From: Candidatus Angelobacter sp.
Lineage (GTDB): Bacteria; Acidobacteriota; Terriglobia; Terriglobales; Acidobacteriaceae
DNA: 64,000 bases
Direction of reading: 5' to 3'
Assembly (NCBI GenBank): GCA_036497385.1
Contig: DASXJO010000978.1
Span: forward strand, 2,048-66,047
The notes under the pieces were generated by a model. It was not told the DNA's origin. It did no database searches and saw only the letters and a program-made list of their open reading frames with translations. The position numbers and the translations under genes are program-made. The first letter of the stretch is position 1, and each line of letters begins with the position of its first letter. This document shows positions 52,992 through 60,787 of this stretch, in pieces.

Positions 52992-53719
52992 CAACAAACC
53001 TGTTGAGGATTGCCGGGTTGCTGATTGTCACATTGACTATTACTAACGCCTATGCCGCCCGATTTCACAGTGATATTTACCGAGCGAGCACAGTGTACGT
53101 ATGTGAACTCGCTCACGATAAATGCGAACGGTCCGCACCTGAACTGATTCAAAAGCTATTTGTAAACAGGAACCGCTGGACGTTCGTTACCGAGCCTGAG
53201 AAAGCTGATTTGATCTTGGTGTGGTTCGGCAATTCCTATACTGCATCAACTGCCATGGGAAGAGTCAGCATTAGCAATACGTGGCACTTCAGCGGACTCG
53301 TTGTGCTTAAGGGTGGATCGGCCCCGGATTGGAATGCTGTGCCCCTCTACGTCACAAACGGAAAATACGCATCACCGATGATTCAGGAGTTTTACGATGA
53401 AGTCATTCAGACTGCTCCTCTCTTTGTGCCGCCCAGTGCGCTCGTTTCAATGCCAAATACTACTCACCATATAGTGGGATGGGGCCGAAGCATTGAAGAA
53501 TATACGCAGATTCTCGCAGATGAGCCGGGGAATGCAATGGCGTACTATGCGCGTGGGGCGGCATACTTTGATTTGGGTGAATATGAGAAGGCGATCAAAG
53601 ACTTCAATATGGCGCTGATCCTGAAGCCGGACTTTGAGGAGGCACAGACACGGCTGGAATCGGCCAAGAAAGCCAAAGCCGCCGCTGATTGCCATTACCA
53701 GATTTTCTGTCCGAAATGA
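52988..53719 (+). CDS. Secreted protein: N-terminal domain paralogous to the upstream gene plus C-terminal TPR motif (243 aa)
   Basis: Signal-like N-terminus LLRIAGLLIVTLTITNAYA. The paralogous block is RWTFVTEPEKADLILVW...LVVLKGGSAPDWNAVPLYVT. The TPR-like segment is AMAYYARGAAYFDLGEYEKAIKDFNMALILKPDFEEA. Shares an ATGA overlap with the upstream gene. Confidence 0.6.
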   Translation: MTTNLLRIAGLLIVTLTITNAYAARFHSDIYRASTVYVCELAHDKCERSAPELIQKLFVNRNRWTFVTEPEKADLILVWFGNSYTASTAMGRVSISNTWHFSGLVVLKGGSAPDWNAVPLYVTNGKYASPMIQEFYDEVIQTAPLFVPPSALVSMPNTTHHIVGWGRSIEEYTQILADEPGNAMAYYARGAAYFDLGEYEKAIKDFNMALILKPDFEEAQTRLESAKKAKAAADCHYQIFCPK

Positions 53720-54115
53720 GGAATTGAAAAGGACGATGCTGCACTACAGTCAAAATCCGAACACCGAGAAACTCCTGGCGTTGTGCGTTTCCGCATCAAT
53801 CCTGCTATTTCTCATGCAAGCCAATCCGGCCCCAGGTTATGAAACTGAACTCACGCATAAAATCGAAGCGGATGGAGGAAAGGTCTATCGGATTCGGGCC
53901 GGGGTACCACCAGGGCGGGTTTCCCGGGGCCAAGCTTCATGGCGCGTTTCATTCTCCTGTGATTCGTCGTAAAAACCGACCCGACGATAGCTCGGAATCG
54001 AGGCTATGTCAATGAAAACGAGCAGGTTAGCTCGGTAATGTTAACAAGGGTCTGGATGTCATAGAAAACAGGAATGTTACTGCCCTTTAAAGCTTGCTTT
54101 GACTAAAATCCAGCC

Positions 54116-54669
54116 ATGCCAGCCCTTCCTCTTTTGCATGATGCCTCGCAATGGCTTACCGCTACGATTTCAACCGTGGTTGGAGCTGCGTTCGGTTTCT
54201 CATCCAGTCTGTGGCTCGATGAGATCAAAACGCGACGGGTCGAAAGAAGGCTACGACGGCGATTACAGAGGCAATCTACACAGAGTTAGCGATGCAGCAT
54301 GCTTTGATTAAGGACCTTATATTGAAGGCAGCCCAGACAACTTCGTCTCAGCAACTGGAAGGCACAGCGGCGGTACTGAAAAAGACACGGGCCGACGCCT
54401 ATGAGTTCGCAAAGTCTCAACCGGCAATTTTCTACGAGCTGAAAGACGCTATGATAATCGATGTGCTCTACAGCCACATTCATCATGCTGTAGAGCACGA
54501 TAAGGCTCCCTCATCAACGACGATTGGAGTATACCAACTATTCATTCAGAGTCTGGAGGATTCGGTTCTGCGTGGCGACATTGACATGCAGAGCATGGAA
54601 GAGACGGCACCGGATGACTACAAGCACTTTTCCGGCATCCGCTCCCAGGCACTTGCTGCTGGGAACTAA
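54116..54669 (+). pseudogene. Membrane-anchored helical protein, possibly split by a frameshift (TM segment 54116-54289; soluble part 54292-54669)
   Basis: The ATG 54116 frame gives MPALPLLHDASQWLTATISTVVGAAFGFSSSLWLDEIKTRRVERR... and stops at 54287. The +2 frame is open from 54223 (DQNATGRKKATTAITEAIYTELA) and runs straight into the track ORF MQHALIKDLILKAAQ... It could alternatively be two separate small genes. Confidence 0.35.
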
Positions 54670-54670
54670 A

Positions 54671-55450
54671 ATGCCCCACTACCGTACAGCAATCCTTACC
54701 TATCTCGATGTTCTTGGATTTAGTGAATTGGTGCATCAGTCTGCCAGTGATCCTGCCAAAGTAAGCGAGATCATGAGTATCTTAAAGATCGCGAAGAAGA
54801 GGGGCACCTGCGGGATTGCGACCGGCGGTGAGTATGCAACAAAGATCATCACTCGCACGTTTACTTTCTCTGATCTCATAATTCGCATCACGTATGTGGA
54901 ACCTCATGATGATTTAATTGTGAGGCTGAATATGGAATTGATGATGCTGGCAGGCATCCAGTGTGAGCTGACAGCGATTCACGGAATTTTATTACGCGGC
55001 GGAGTTTCCCTGGGGCCGTGCTATGGAGATGACGAGTATCTATTTGGGCCAGCGCTAATTCAGTCGTACCGGCTTGAGGAACAAGTCGCCCTATTTCCTC
55101 GGATCGTCATTGATACGGATTTAGTTACCGAGGCTGCGAAGCGTCCCAATGAGATTTAGCCCAAGGTCTTTCGTCGCGGCGAGGATGCGAGTTATTTCAT
55201 TGATTATCTCTACGCCGGTTGGCAGAATCCGTCCGGCGGTTTCATACGCACTGGGTTCAGGAATGCTGACGCCATGATGAGCGCCCATAGATTTATTATC
55301 GAAGATAAACTCAATCATGTACGCGGAGATCGCGCTAGGCAGAAGCTCCTTTGGACTGCGCTCTACCATAATTCTGTGATTGACCGACTCACGCTGGACG
55401 GCGGCAATGTTCCGGCCTCTCTCAAAATTTCTGACCTACTGCTGAGATGA
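54671..55450 (+). pseudogene. Class III nucleotidyl-cyclase-fold protein interrupted by one in-frame TAG (55157-55159)
   Basis: MPHYRTAILTYLDVLGFSELV parallels the first metal-Asp strand (FaDIvGFT). TFTFSDLIIRIT is the second Asp strand. ILLRGGVSLGPCYGDDEYLFGPALIQSYRLEEQVALFPRIVIDTDL parallels RiGihtG....GpavNlAaRLe....g.I.is. After the TAG the same frame continues for 96 more codons (PKVFRRGEDASYFIDYLYAGWQNPSGG...LKISDLLLR) to TGA 55448-55450. Confidence 0.6.
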
Positions 55451-55468
55451 TCGAGAAACAGGGAACGC

Positions 55469-55585
55469 TCATTTGAAGAACTTCCTGACTTCATCTCGCA
55501 CAAGGCGGGCCAGAGCAATTACCAAAATGAGCAGGCAGGCAACGTGAACAATAAAATCGTCGATTGAGGGCCAATCTGGGTGCAT
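55469..55585 (-). CDS. Unannotated 38-aa hydrophobic peptide (small membrane protein / type I toxin-like)
   Basis: AAGGAG (complement of 55595-55600) lies 9 nt before the ATG (55585-55583). The product is MHPDWPSIDDFIVHVACLLILVIALARLVRDEVRKFFK, which has one TM helix and a basic C-terminus. Confidence 0.45.
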   Translation of the reverse strand: MHPDWPSIDDFIVHVACLLILVIALARLVRDEVRKFFK

Positions 55586-55685
55586 CGCAGTTCACTCCTT
55601 TTATAGAAGCAAACCGCAAAAACATTGTCATGGCTTGGGGAACGCGAGTCAAGAGCGCGAGGGGGTTGTGGAAAAAGTTTCGATT

Positions 55686-55848
55686 CCGCTGGGCGTCCTC
55701 TGGGCATACGCTGGGCGCAGAGTAGCAATTCTAAGCAAATTGCGACTGTCGGTAACAGCAACAATCCACGATCTTTGGGGCTATTTTTTTGATTCTTTGC
55801 CTGGAATTGCTTCTCTCTGCCAGCGTACGCCCAGAGGACGCCCAGCGG
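55686..55848. repeat. 28-bp near-perfect inverted repeat (27/28) flanking a 107-bp spacer
   Basis: The left arm at 55686-55713 is CCGCTGGGCGTCCTCTGGGCATACGCTG. The right arm at 55821-55848 is CAGCGTACGCCCAGAGGACGCCCAGCGG, and its reverse complement differs from the left arm at one base. This is the reason both strands show PLGVLWAYAGR in the ORF track. Confidence 0.9.
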
Positions 55849-55983
55849 ACACGCTTCAGGAAATAAATTTTCAATGGAAGTCATTCAAGGTAACTTCAGG
55901 CGCACTGTCTATCAACGGTGTGCTGTGCCAGCCCCGCAGATGCACTATTCCATCCCGGTTCTTTACCCTACCAGGCACGCCGA

Positions 55984-56487
55984 TCAAATCTTCAATGCAG
56001 CTCTTCCAGCCAAAATCGGAATTCCACGGGGAGTAGCGGCGTCGAGTAGGAGATGCGATACGTAACCGGCAGCTAGTCCATTGAGAAAGCCAGCCAGCAA
56101 TGTCCAGATCAATTCACCTATTTCTGCCCAAAGCTGTTCGAGCGGGGTTCGCTGGATCGGTAACCACTCGCCTGTTTGAGCGTCCTCGACGTGAGGCACC
56201 CGGCACTTGACGGCATTCTGCCGACAGATGCTGGCCCAGTTAGTCAAAGTTTGTTGGGCATAGATCAAAACCCCGCCTGCGCTTGCACTGTGGCAGACGC
56301 CACGATGCCAGGAACAAACTGCGGGTTCGAGCCAGTCAGGAGCCATCCCGCCCACCATCCCACCAAGGGCACCGCCCATCATTTCGATCAGAAGGTGTGG
56401 CTTCGTTTCCTGCTGTGCTTGAACGGCAGCCAGGGCAACTCCCGCAGCCGCGCCGACGTATTTATGTGTCTCTCTTCCGGGCATCAA
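55984..56487 (-). CDS. Membrane-bound metal-dependent hydrolase-like protein (YdjM/DUF457-like), 167 aa
   Basis: Hydrophobic glycine-rich helices (GAAAGVALAA, GGALGGMVGGMAPDWLEP), a conserved His/Asp pattern, and the C-terminal SHLLLDAATPRGIPIL typical of this family. Confidence 0.5.
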   Translation of the reverse strand: MMPGRETHKYVGAAAGVALAAVQAQQETKPHLLIEMMGGALGGMVGGMAPDWLEPAVCSWHRGVCHSASAGGVLIYAQQTLTNWASICRQNAVKCRVPHVEDAQTGEWLPIQRTPLEQLWAEIGELIWTLLAGFLNGLAAGYVSHLLLDAATPRGIPILAGRAALKI

Positions 56488-56550
56488 CTTTCTCCTTTGA
56501 AATGCAGCGTACCACGGGCCGGTAAACTTGTCGTCAATACAGCCCCAGCT

Positions 56551-56931
56551 TTAACTCCCCCGCTCCATCCTCGCCATTACCATCCGCGTCAGTTGGAGCG
56601 AGTCCGAAACCACAGCCGTGACCTTCGGCGAATGCGTGATAGCTTCGCCGCGCAGCCGGATAGCAGCGACAATCGAAGCCGCTATGAGCAATGCGGCGTC
56701 CTGCTTAGGTTGCTGTTTCCGCAGGCAAGCCGGATTCCGCCGGGGGATACCCGGCTCGATGTCCTTCGATACATATCGGTATGTCGATCCGCAGCAGAGG
56801 CACTGCAATACCGCTGAACTGCCAGGCGGCGTGACTGCGCTACGTCCATGTTCAGATTGCGGATCACAGGCGAAGCATACAATCACGCACTTGCACCCGG
56901 CGCATATGACGACCCAAGCCTCAGAGGACAT
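56551..56931 (-). CDS. Hypothetical Cys-rich protein (126 aa)
   Basis: An ORF with CxxC-type clusters (VICAGCKCVIVCFAC; LQCLCCGSTY) and a hydrophobic segment (AALLIAASIVAAI). No family recognised. Confidence 0.35.
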   Translation of the reverse strand: MSSEAWVVICAGCKCVIVCFACDPQSEHGRSAVTPPGSSAVLQCLCCGSTYRYVSKDIEPGIPRRNPACLRKQQPKQDAALLIAASIVAAIRLRGEAITHSPKVTAVVSDSLQLTRMVMARMERGS

Positions 56932-57021
56932 GAAAAAACATTAGGCGAAGTACCAGCGAAAGTCAAATCATTGAAGTAAGATTGATTACGGATCAATGAC
57001 CATTATCTTTCTTGCCTATAG

Positions 57022-57267
57022 ATGCCCGATGCGATTTCGGATGAGCTTGCCCGCCAGGGCCAGCGAGTCTATGAATGCTTGGCAATAAGTGAAGTCTTTT
57101 CGCTTGCGCAGGAGCATTTCGATGCACAAATCGTCATAGGCGCTGGGATTGAAGAGAAATGGGCCACAGAAATTCAGCAGCATTACCCGACATTGCACCT
57201 AAAGCCAGGTGCTACCGCGAAAGATGTCCTGTTGGAGCTGAACGTGAAAGGCGCAAAGGTGCAATGA
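57022..57267 (+). CDS. Hypothetical 81-aa protein
   Basis: Clean ORF, convergent with the next gene. No family recognised. Confidence 0.3.
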   Translation: MPDAISDELARQGQRVYECLAISEVFSLAQEHFDAQIVIGAGIEEKWATEIQQHYPTLHLKPGATAKDVLLELNVKGAKVQ

Positions 57268-57268
57268 T

Positions 57269-57712
57269 TCAGTCTCCATACTGTTCCGACTTGCGGATCA
57301 TTTCCTCAAACAATTTTTTCACGTCAGCAAAAGTCCGTTCTGGAGCGTTGTTCCATGTGCTGATTTCATATCCGGCAGAAACACCAAGCGTTTCCTTCAG
57401 GATGGTGTCTCGAATCAGTTCAAATCGGGCGTACCCCACGCTGGGGGTCTCGTAGGAGTGTTCACAGATCATGCAGATTACTTCAAGGATGCAGCTCAGC
57501 GGGCCTCCATAAGGCCGGTGTTGATTCCACATTTCACCGTTAGGACCAAAAGACTCAAGTGCATCACGCAACAGCCGAGATGTTAATGGTTGCCCTAAGA
57601 GCATGATGTCAGAATCCGTCTCTATGGCCGCGACAGGAAACCAGTGACAGGGTTCCCACCACAGAATCCGGTGCGGAAGTCGCATATTAACTGAAATCAA
57701 TCCAGAGAACAA
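57269..57712 (-). CDS. Hypothetical protein (about 138-147 aa)
   Basis: Clean ORF. The likely ATG start is at MRLPHRILWW (about 57685). No family recognised. Confidence 0.35.
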   Translation of the reverse strand: MFSGLISVNMRLPHRILWWEPCHWFPVAAIETDSDIMLLGQPLTSRLLRDALESFGPNGEMWNQHRPYGGPLSCILEVICMICEHSYETPSVGYARFELIRDTILKETLGVSAGYEISTWNNAPERTFADVKKLFEEMIRKSEQYGD

Positions 57713-57885
57713 TGCTTTGCCCTCCGCCTCGGAGCATGAGCTGTCCGTTAAAATGAGCGCTACAGACTCTTCAATCTCGATCCTGAAGATATGGAATCAA
57801 AACTGATAGCCCGGAATACGCAAAAGAAGTAATCGATATTGAGAGCAGCGCGGCAAAGAAAAATTATCCTAGGAGTGGAGCAGGT

Positions 57886-58137
57886 ATGGAAATCTCAAAC
57901 GGTGTCTTGGCTGCCCTGCTGAGTCATTTAGATAACATTGACTCAGAAAGGAAGGTTTACTTGCAACTGCTGCGCAAGCACGGTACGCAGCCCAGCCTCT
58001 TGCGAACGATTGAGTTGCTTCGGGAAGTTGAGGGAGAAGTCTGGATTAAAAACGCCAAAGATGAATTGGCGCGTGGTGTGCCTGCGGCGGCGGTGCTGAG
58101 TAAGTTCCGTGACAACTTTATCAGGCATGAGTCCTGA
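57886..58137 (+). CDS. Hypothetical 83-aa helical protein
   Basis: Clean ORF preceded by AGGAGTGGAGCAGGT. No family recognised. Confidence 0.3.
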   Translation: MEISNGVLAALLSHLDNIDSERKVYLQLLRKHGTQPSLLRTIELLREVEGEVWIKNAKDELARGVPAAAVLSKFRDNFIRHES

Positions 58138-58183
58138 TAGTCATTGTGGCTGAGTGGAAGAGATGTTTGCCATCAAACCTGAT

Positions 58184-58355
58184 ATGCAGAAGGGCACTCG
58201 GGAAAAGCCGCTCAAAGCTGTTCCCCGTTTCATTGCGGTTGGGCAGCAAATACCATCCTGGCGTTGAATCCGATCTCTGGCTCAAGCGGCGCTTCAATCA
58301 AGAGAAAGAAAAAGGCAGCGGCGTAATCCACGCCCCATCCTACCGTGGGCATTGA
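58184..58355 (+). pseudogene. Internally deleted remnant of an ATP-dependent DNA ligase paralog
   Basis: MQKGTREKPLKAVPRFIAV (compare MQKGVRAKPLKDVARFILP at 58766) is fused out of frame to RLGSKYHPGVESDLWLKRRFNQE (compare RLGSRYQPGVETDYWLKHRLNQE near 59320). The whole catalytic core in between is missing. Confidence 0.65.
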
Positions 58356-58445
58356 ATGAGAGTTTTTTTAAGTATTCAGCAGCCCACTTTTTGCAAGTAG
58401 CAGCTCATCTCACAAACCGTTCCCCAAGTTAGTGAGGTATCTGTA

Positions 58446-58765
58446 ATGCCATCTCGTCTGAAAGTAGTTCTAACCCTGTCACTCTTCGTTTTAAGCCTTA
58501 ACATTTCTCTAACAGCCCAGTCCACCGCGAAATGTGGCTTCCAAACCCTCAACATTCAAGGCCCTCCAGGTACTAGGACGCGCCCCTTAGAACTCAGCGA
58601 TAAGGGAGCCATTGTGGGCTTCCTGCAACAAGGCACAGACGCAAACTTGCACACCACTGGTTTTCTTTTAAGCGATGGGAAGTTCACACACTTCAGGTTC
58701 CCAGGTTCGTCGCTGAGCGCAAAGGGTCTGTACAGTTTCGCTCTGCCCCTAACCCGATATAAGTC
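58446..58765 (+). pseudogene. N-terminal fragment (signal peptide plus one repeat) of a secreted repeat protein paralogous to 60788-61660
   Basis: MPSRLKVVLTLSLFVLSLNISLTAQS is followed by ...LSDKGAIVGFLQQGTDANLHTTGFLLSDGKFTHFRFPGSS. This matches the INNRGDLVGSF...HGFTFLHGVFSAVDVPGA unit. The repeat pattern is lost where the ligase gene begins. Confidence 0.5.
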
Positions 58766-59437
58766 ATGCAGAAGGGCGTCCGCGCAAAGCCGCTTAAGGA
58801 TGTAGCCCGTTTCATCTTACCCATGCGGCCAAAGATGGTTCCGAAGCTGCCCGATGACCGCTCGAAGTGGCTGCTCGAACCGAAGCTCGATGGCTATCGG
58901 GTGATCGCCGTGAAATCCGGCGGCCATGCCGAGATCTATTCGATGGACTCAAAGAGTTACAACCGGGAGTTCCCGGCGATCTACGATGCGGTCTCAGGAT
59001 TGTTCGTGAAAGATGTGGTTCTGGACGGTGAGATCGTGGCTGTGGAAGAGAATGGCCGCCCGAACTTTAACGCGCTTCAAAACCGCCGGTCAACAAAGCT
59101 GCCCATCTATTACATCGCTTTCGACTGCCTGCACTTCAAAGGGCGGGATCTGCTGGACAAGCCGATTGAAGAGCGGAAGAAATATCTGGCTGACCTCGCA
59201 AAGGACTTTGTGAGGCCGATGCAGCCAGTCTTTGAGTTCGCGCCTGAGATTGATCTGGAAACTGCCACGAACGCAGTACGCCAAACGAAGATCGAAGGAT
59301 TAGTCGCGAAACGCCTGGGCAGCCGCTACCAGCCTGGAGTCGAAACAGACTATTGGTTGAAGCACAGACTCAATCAGGAGGACACGTTTTTCATCGGCGG
59401 CTACATTCCAGGATCACATGAAATAGAAGGGCGATAA
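58766..59437 (+). CDS. ATP-dependent DNA ligase adenylation domain (LigD/LigC-like), truncated before the OB-fold domain (223 aa)
   Basis: Motifs:
- Motif I: EPKLDGYR (AMP-lysine).
- Motif III: VVLDGEIVA.
- Motif IV-like: IYYIAFDCL.
- Motif V: IEGLVAKR.
- WLKHR.
The protein ends at FFIGGYIPGSHEIEGR-stop, just where the OB domain should start. Confidence 0.7.
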   Translation: MQKGVRAKPLKDVARFILPMRPKMVPKLPDDRSKWLLEPKLDGYRVIAVKSGGHAEIYSMDSKSYNREFPAIYDAVSGLFVKDVVLDGEIVAVEENGRPNFNALQNRRSTKLPIYYIAFDCLHFKGRDLLDKPIEERKKYLADLAKDFVRPMQPVFEFAPEIDLETATNAVRQTKIEGLVAKRLGSRYQPGVETDYWLKHRLNQEDTFFIGGYIPGSHEIEGR

Positions 59438-59789
59438 GGAAACGTCTCCTGACGGCCTTTGGATTGCGCCTAAATACAGCCTCAAAGGGCCAGCAGGCGA
59501 ACGGGCTTGGGATAATCGGCCCGGCGGCCCACCAAACAGTGGCAGGTTTTTGGAATTGGCTGACATTGCCCTCGGCGCGAAAAAGCCTTCCCCGAAAAAG
59601 CGAAAACCAGCCCTTGCAAATACGCATGACAAAAGCAAAACGGAACCGTATAGCCGCTGATCGTTTCGATAGCCCAAAATAGGCAGACAGATTGCAGGGT
59701 TCGGGGAGTCAGGGCGTCTGCAATAGACCGGCTGCTACTGATATTGGGCCGAGAAATAGTCAGCCCAGCCGGGTGTTGCACCGCGCTCG

Positions 59790-60200
59790 CTAACGAGGTA
59801 GACCATTACCAGTTTGCTGCTTGAAGAAGAATTCTGTAGATGAACCGTTAAATTGAGCTTTTATGGCCTTTCTTGCCCAGAACTGGGCATAAATTTCACT
59901 ACCGTTACCGAGCCATAAATGCAAATAGTGAGGATATGGCAACGTCACCAACCCTGAGAAATTGTTTGCACGAGCATTCGTCCCCGGACATACTGCGGCT
60001 GCCCAATATCCAACGATAAGGTGTGCATTAGATTGTGAAGAAGGCTGCTCTGTGACTATTCTGATGCAGAGATAGCTATTGGGGCCTAATTGGGCTTCCC
60101 AGTATGGAGTTGTAAGATCAAACACTTGCGCTGATTGAATTGGAACCGCAGCGCGGGTCGTAGCAAGCAGAACAACTAGTGCAATAAGACGTAAGCGCAT
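59790..60200 (-). CDS. Secreted hypothetical protein (136 aa)
   Basis: Signal peptide MRLRLIALVVLLATTRAAVPIQSAQ. No family recognised. Confidence 0.4.
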   Translation of the reverse strand: MRLRLIALVVLLATTRAAVPIQSAQVFDLTTPYWEAQLGPNSYLCIRIVTEQPSSQSNAHLIVGYWAAAVCPGTNARANNFSGLVTLPYPHYLHLWLGNGSEIYAQFWARKAIKAQFNGSSTEFFFKQQTGNGLPR

Positions 60201-60230
60201 TGCGTTCTCCGAACAGTCTTTTGCTGCGAT

Positions 60231-60644
60231 CTAGTGATGAAACAGCCAAATTGAAAGTACGACCACGAACCAGATGACTGTTGCACCAAGAGCGATCAAC
60301 TTTGACCAAAATGCACGCTTGGCGAGGGCATACCACACATCATCGTCATACATAACAGTGGGGTTATTGCCTATTTTCGTTCGGGCCTTGTCCTCAACAT
60401 GAAGGGCAAGCAAATAGTGCAAGGCGTCAATGGCCAGAACTAAGATCAGGGCCGCTTCTATGCCGACGAGATTCCATTTCAGCTCTGGGGAGAGCGACTT
60501 TGCACCCTCACGCAACGGGCTGTCCTTGCTGGTCAGCATTGCCCATGAGAGGGCCAAGATTCCAACACTCAATGTACGACATTGAGTGCTTAGCTGATTG
60601 CTGGCCTCACCGTATGCCTTTACGACTTCCTCTCTGGTCGGCAT
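60231..60644 (-). CDS. Hypothetical integral membrane protein (137 aa)
   Basis: Three predicted helices (TLSVGILALSWAML; LVGIEAALILVLAIDALHYLLAL; LIALGATVIWFVVVLSIWLF). Confidence 0.4.
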   Translation of the reverse strand: MPTREEVVKAYGEASNQLSTQCRTLSVGILALSWAMLTSKDSPLREGAKSLSPELKWNLVGIEAALILVLAIDALHYLLALHVEDKARTKIGNNPTVMYDDDVWYALAKRAFWSKLIALGATVIWFVVVLSIWLFHH

Positions 60645-60787
60645 GAGTTACGTCCTTCATTTGGAAGTTCCGCCCTTGCGGTCCCGATAGTGATTGCCAG
60701 TTTTTTTGTTCTTGTAGTGACCGCCTTTGTGCGACGATCCGTGCCCGCCCTGATATTGCCGTCATGGCTTCAGAATGGGACTTCTTG

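Noticed and set aside
55157-55159. The in-frame TAG in the cyclase-fold gene as programmed recoding (pyrrolysine or read-through).
   Set aside because: There are no pyl genes or recoding signals in view, and other genes here use TAG as a normal stop (for example 54287-54289). The surrounding region is full of other inactivating lesions. A nonsense mutation is the simpler reading.
55519-55884. 121-aa minus-strand ORF and the overlapping 133-aa plus-strand ORF (55635-56036).
   Set aside because: Both run through the 28-bp inverted repeat, which is why they share the peptide PLGVLWAYAGR. They have no start-site signals and no family similarity, so they are palindrome artefacts.
60645-60787. Minus-strand reading YQGGHGSSHKGGHYKNKKTGNHYRDRKGGTSK-stop, which resembles small Gly/His/Lys-rich stress-type proteins.
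   Set aside because: That frame has no start codon after the upstream stop, and the only nearby ATG is in a different frame. It may be another frameshifted relic, but it is too short to support.
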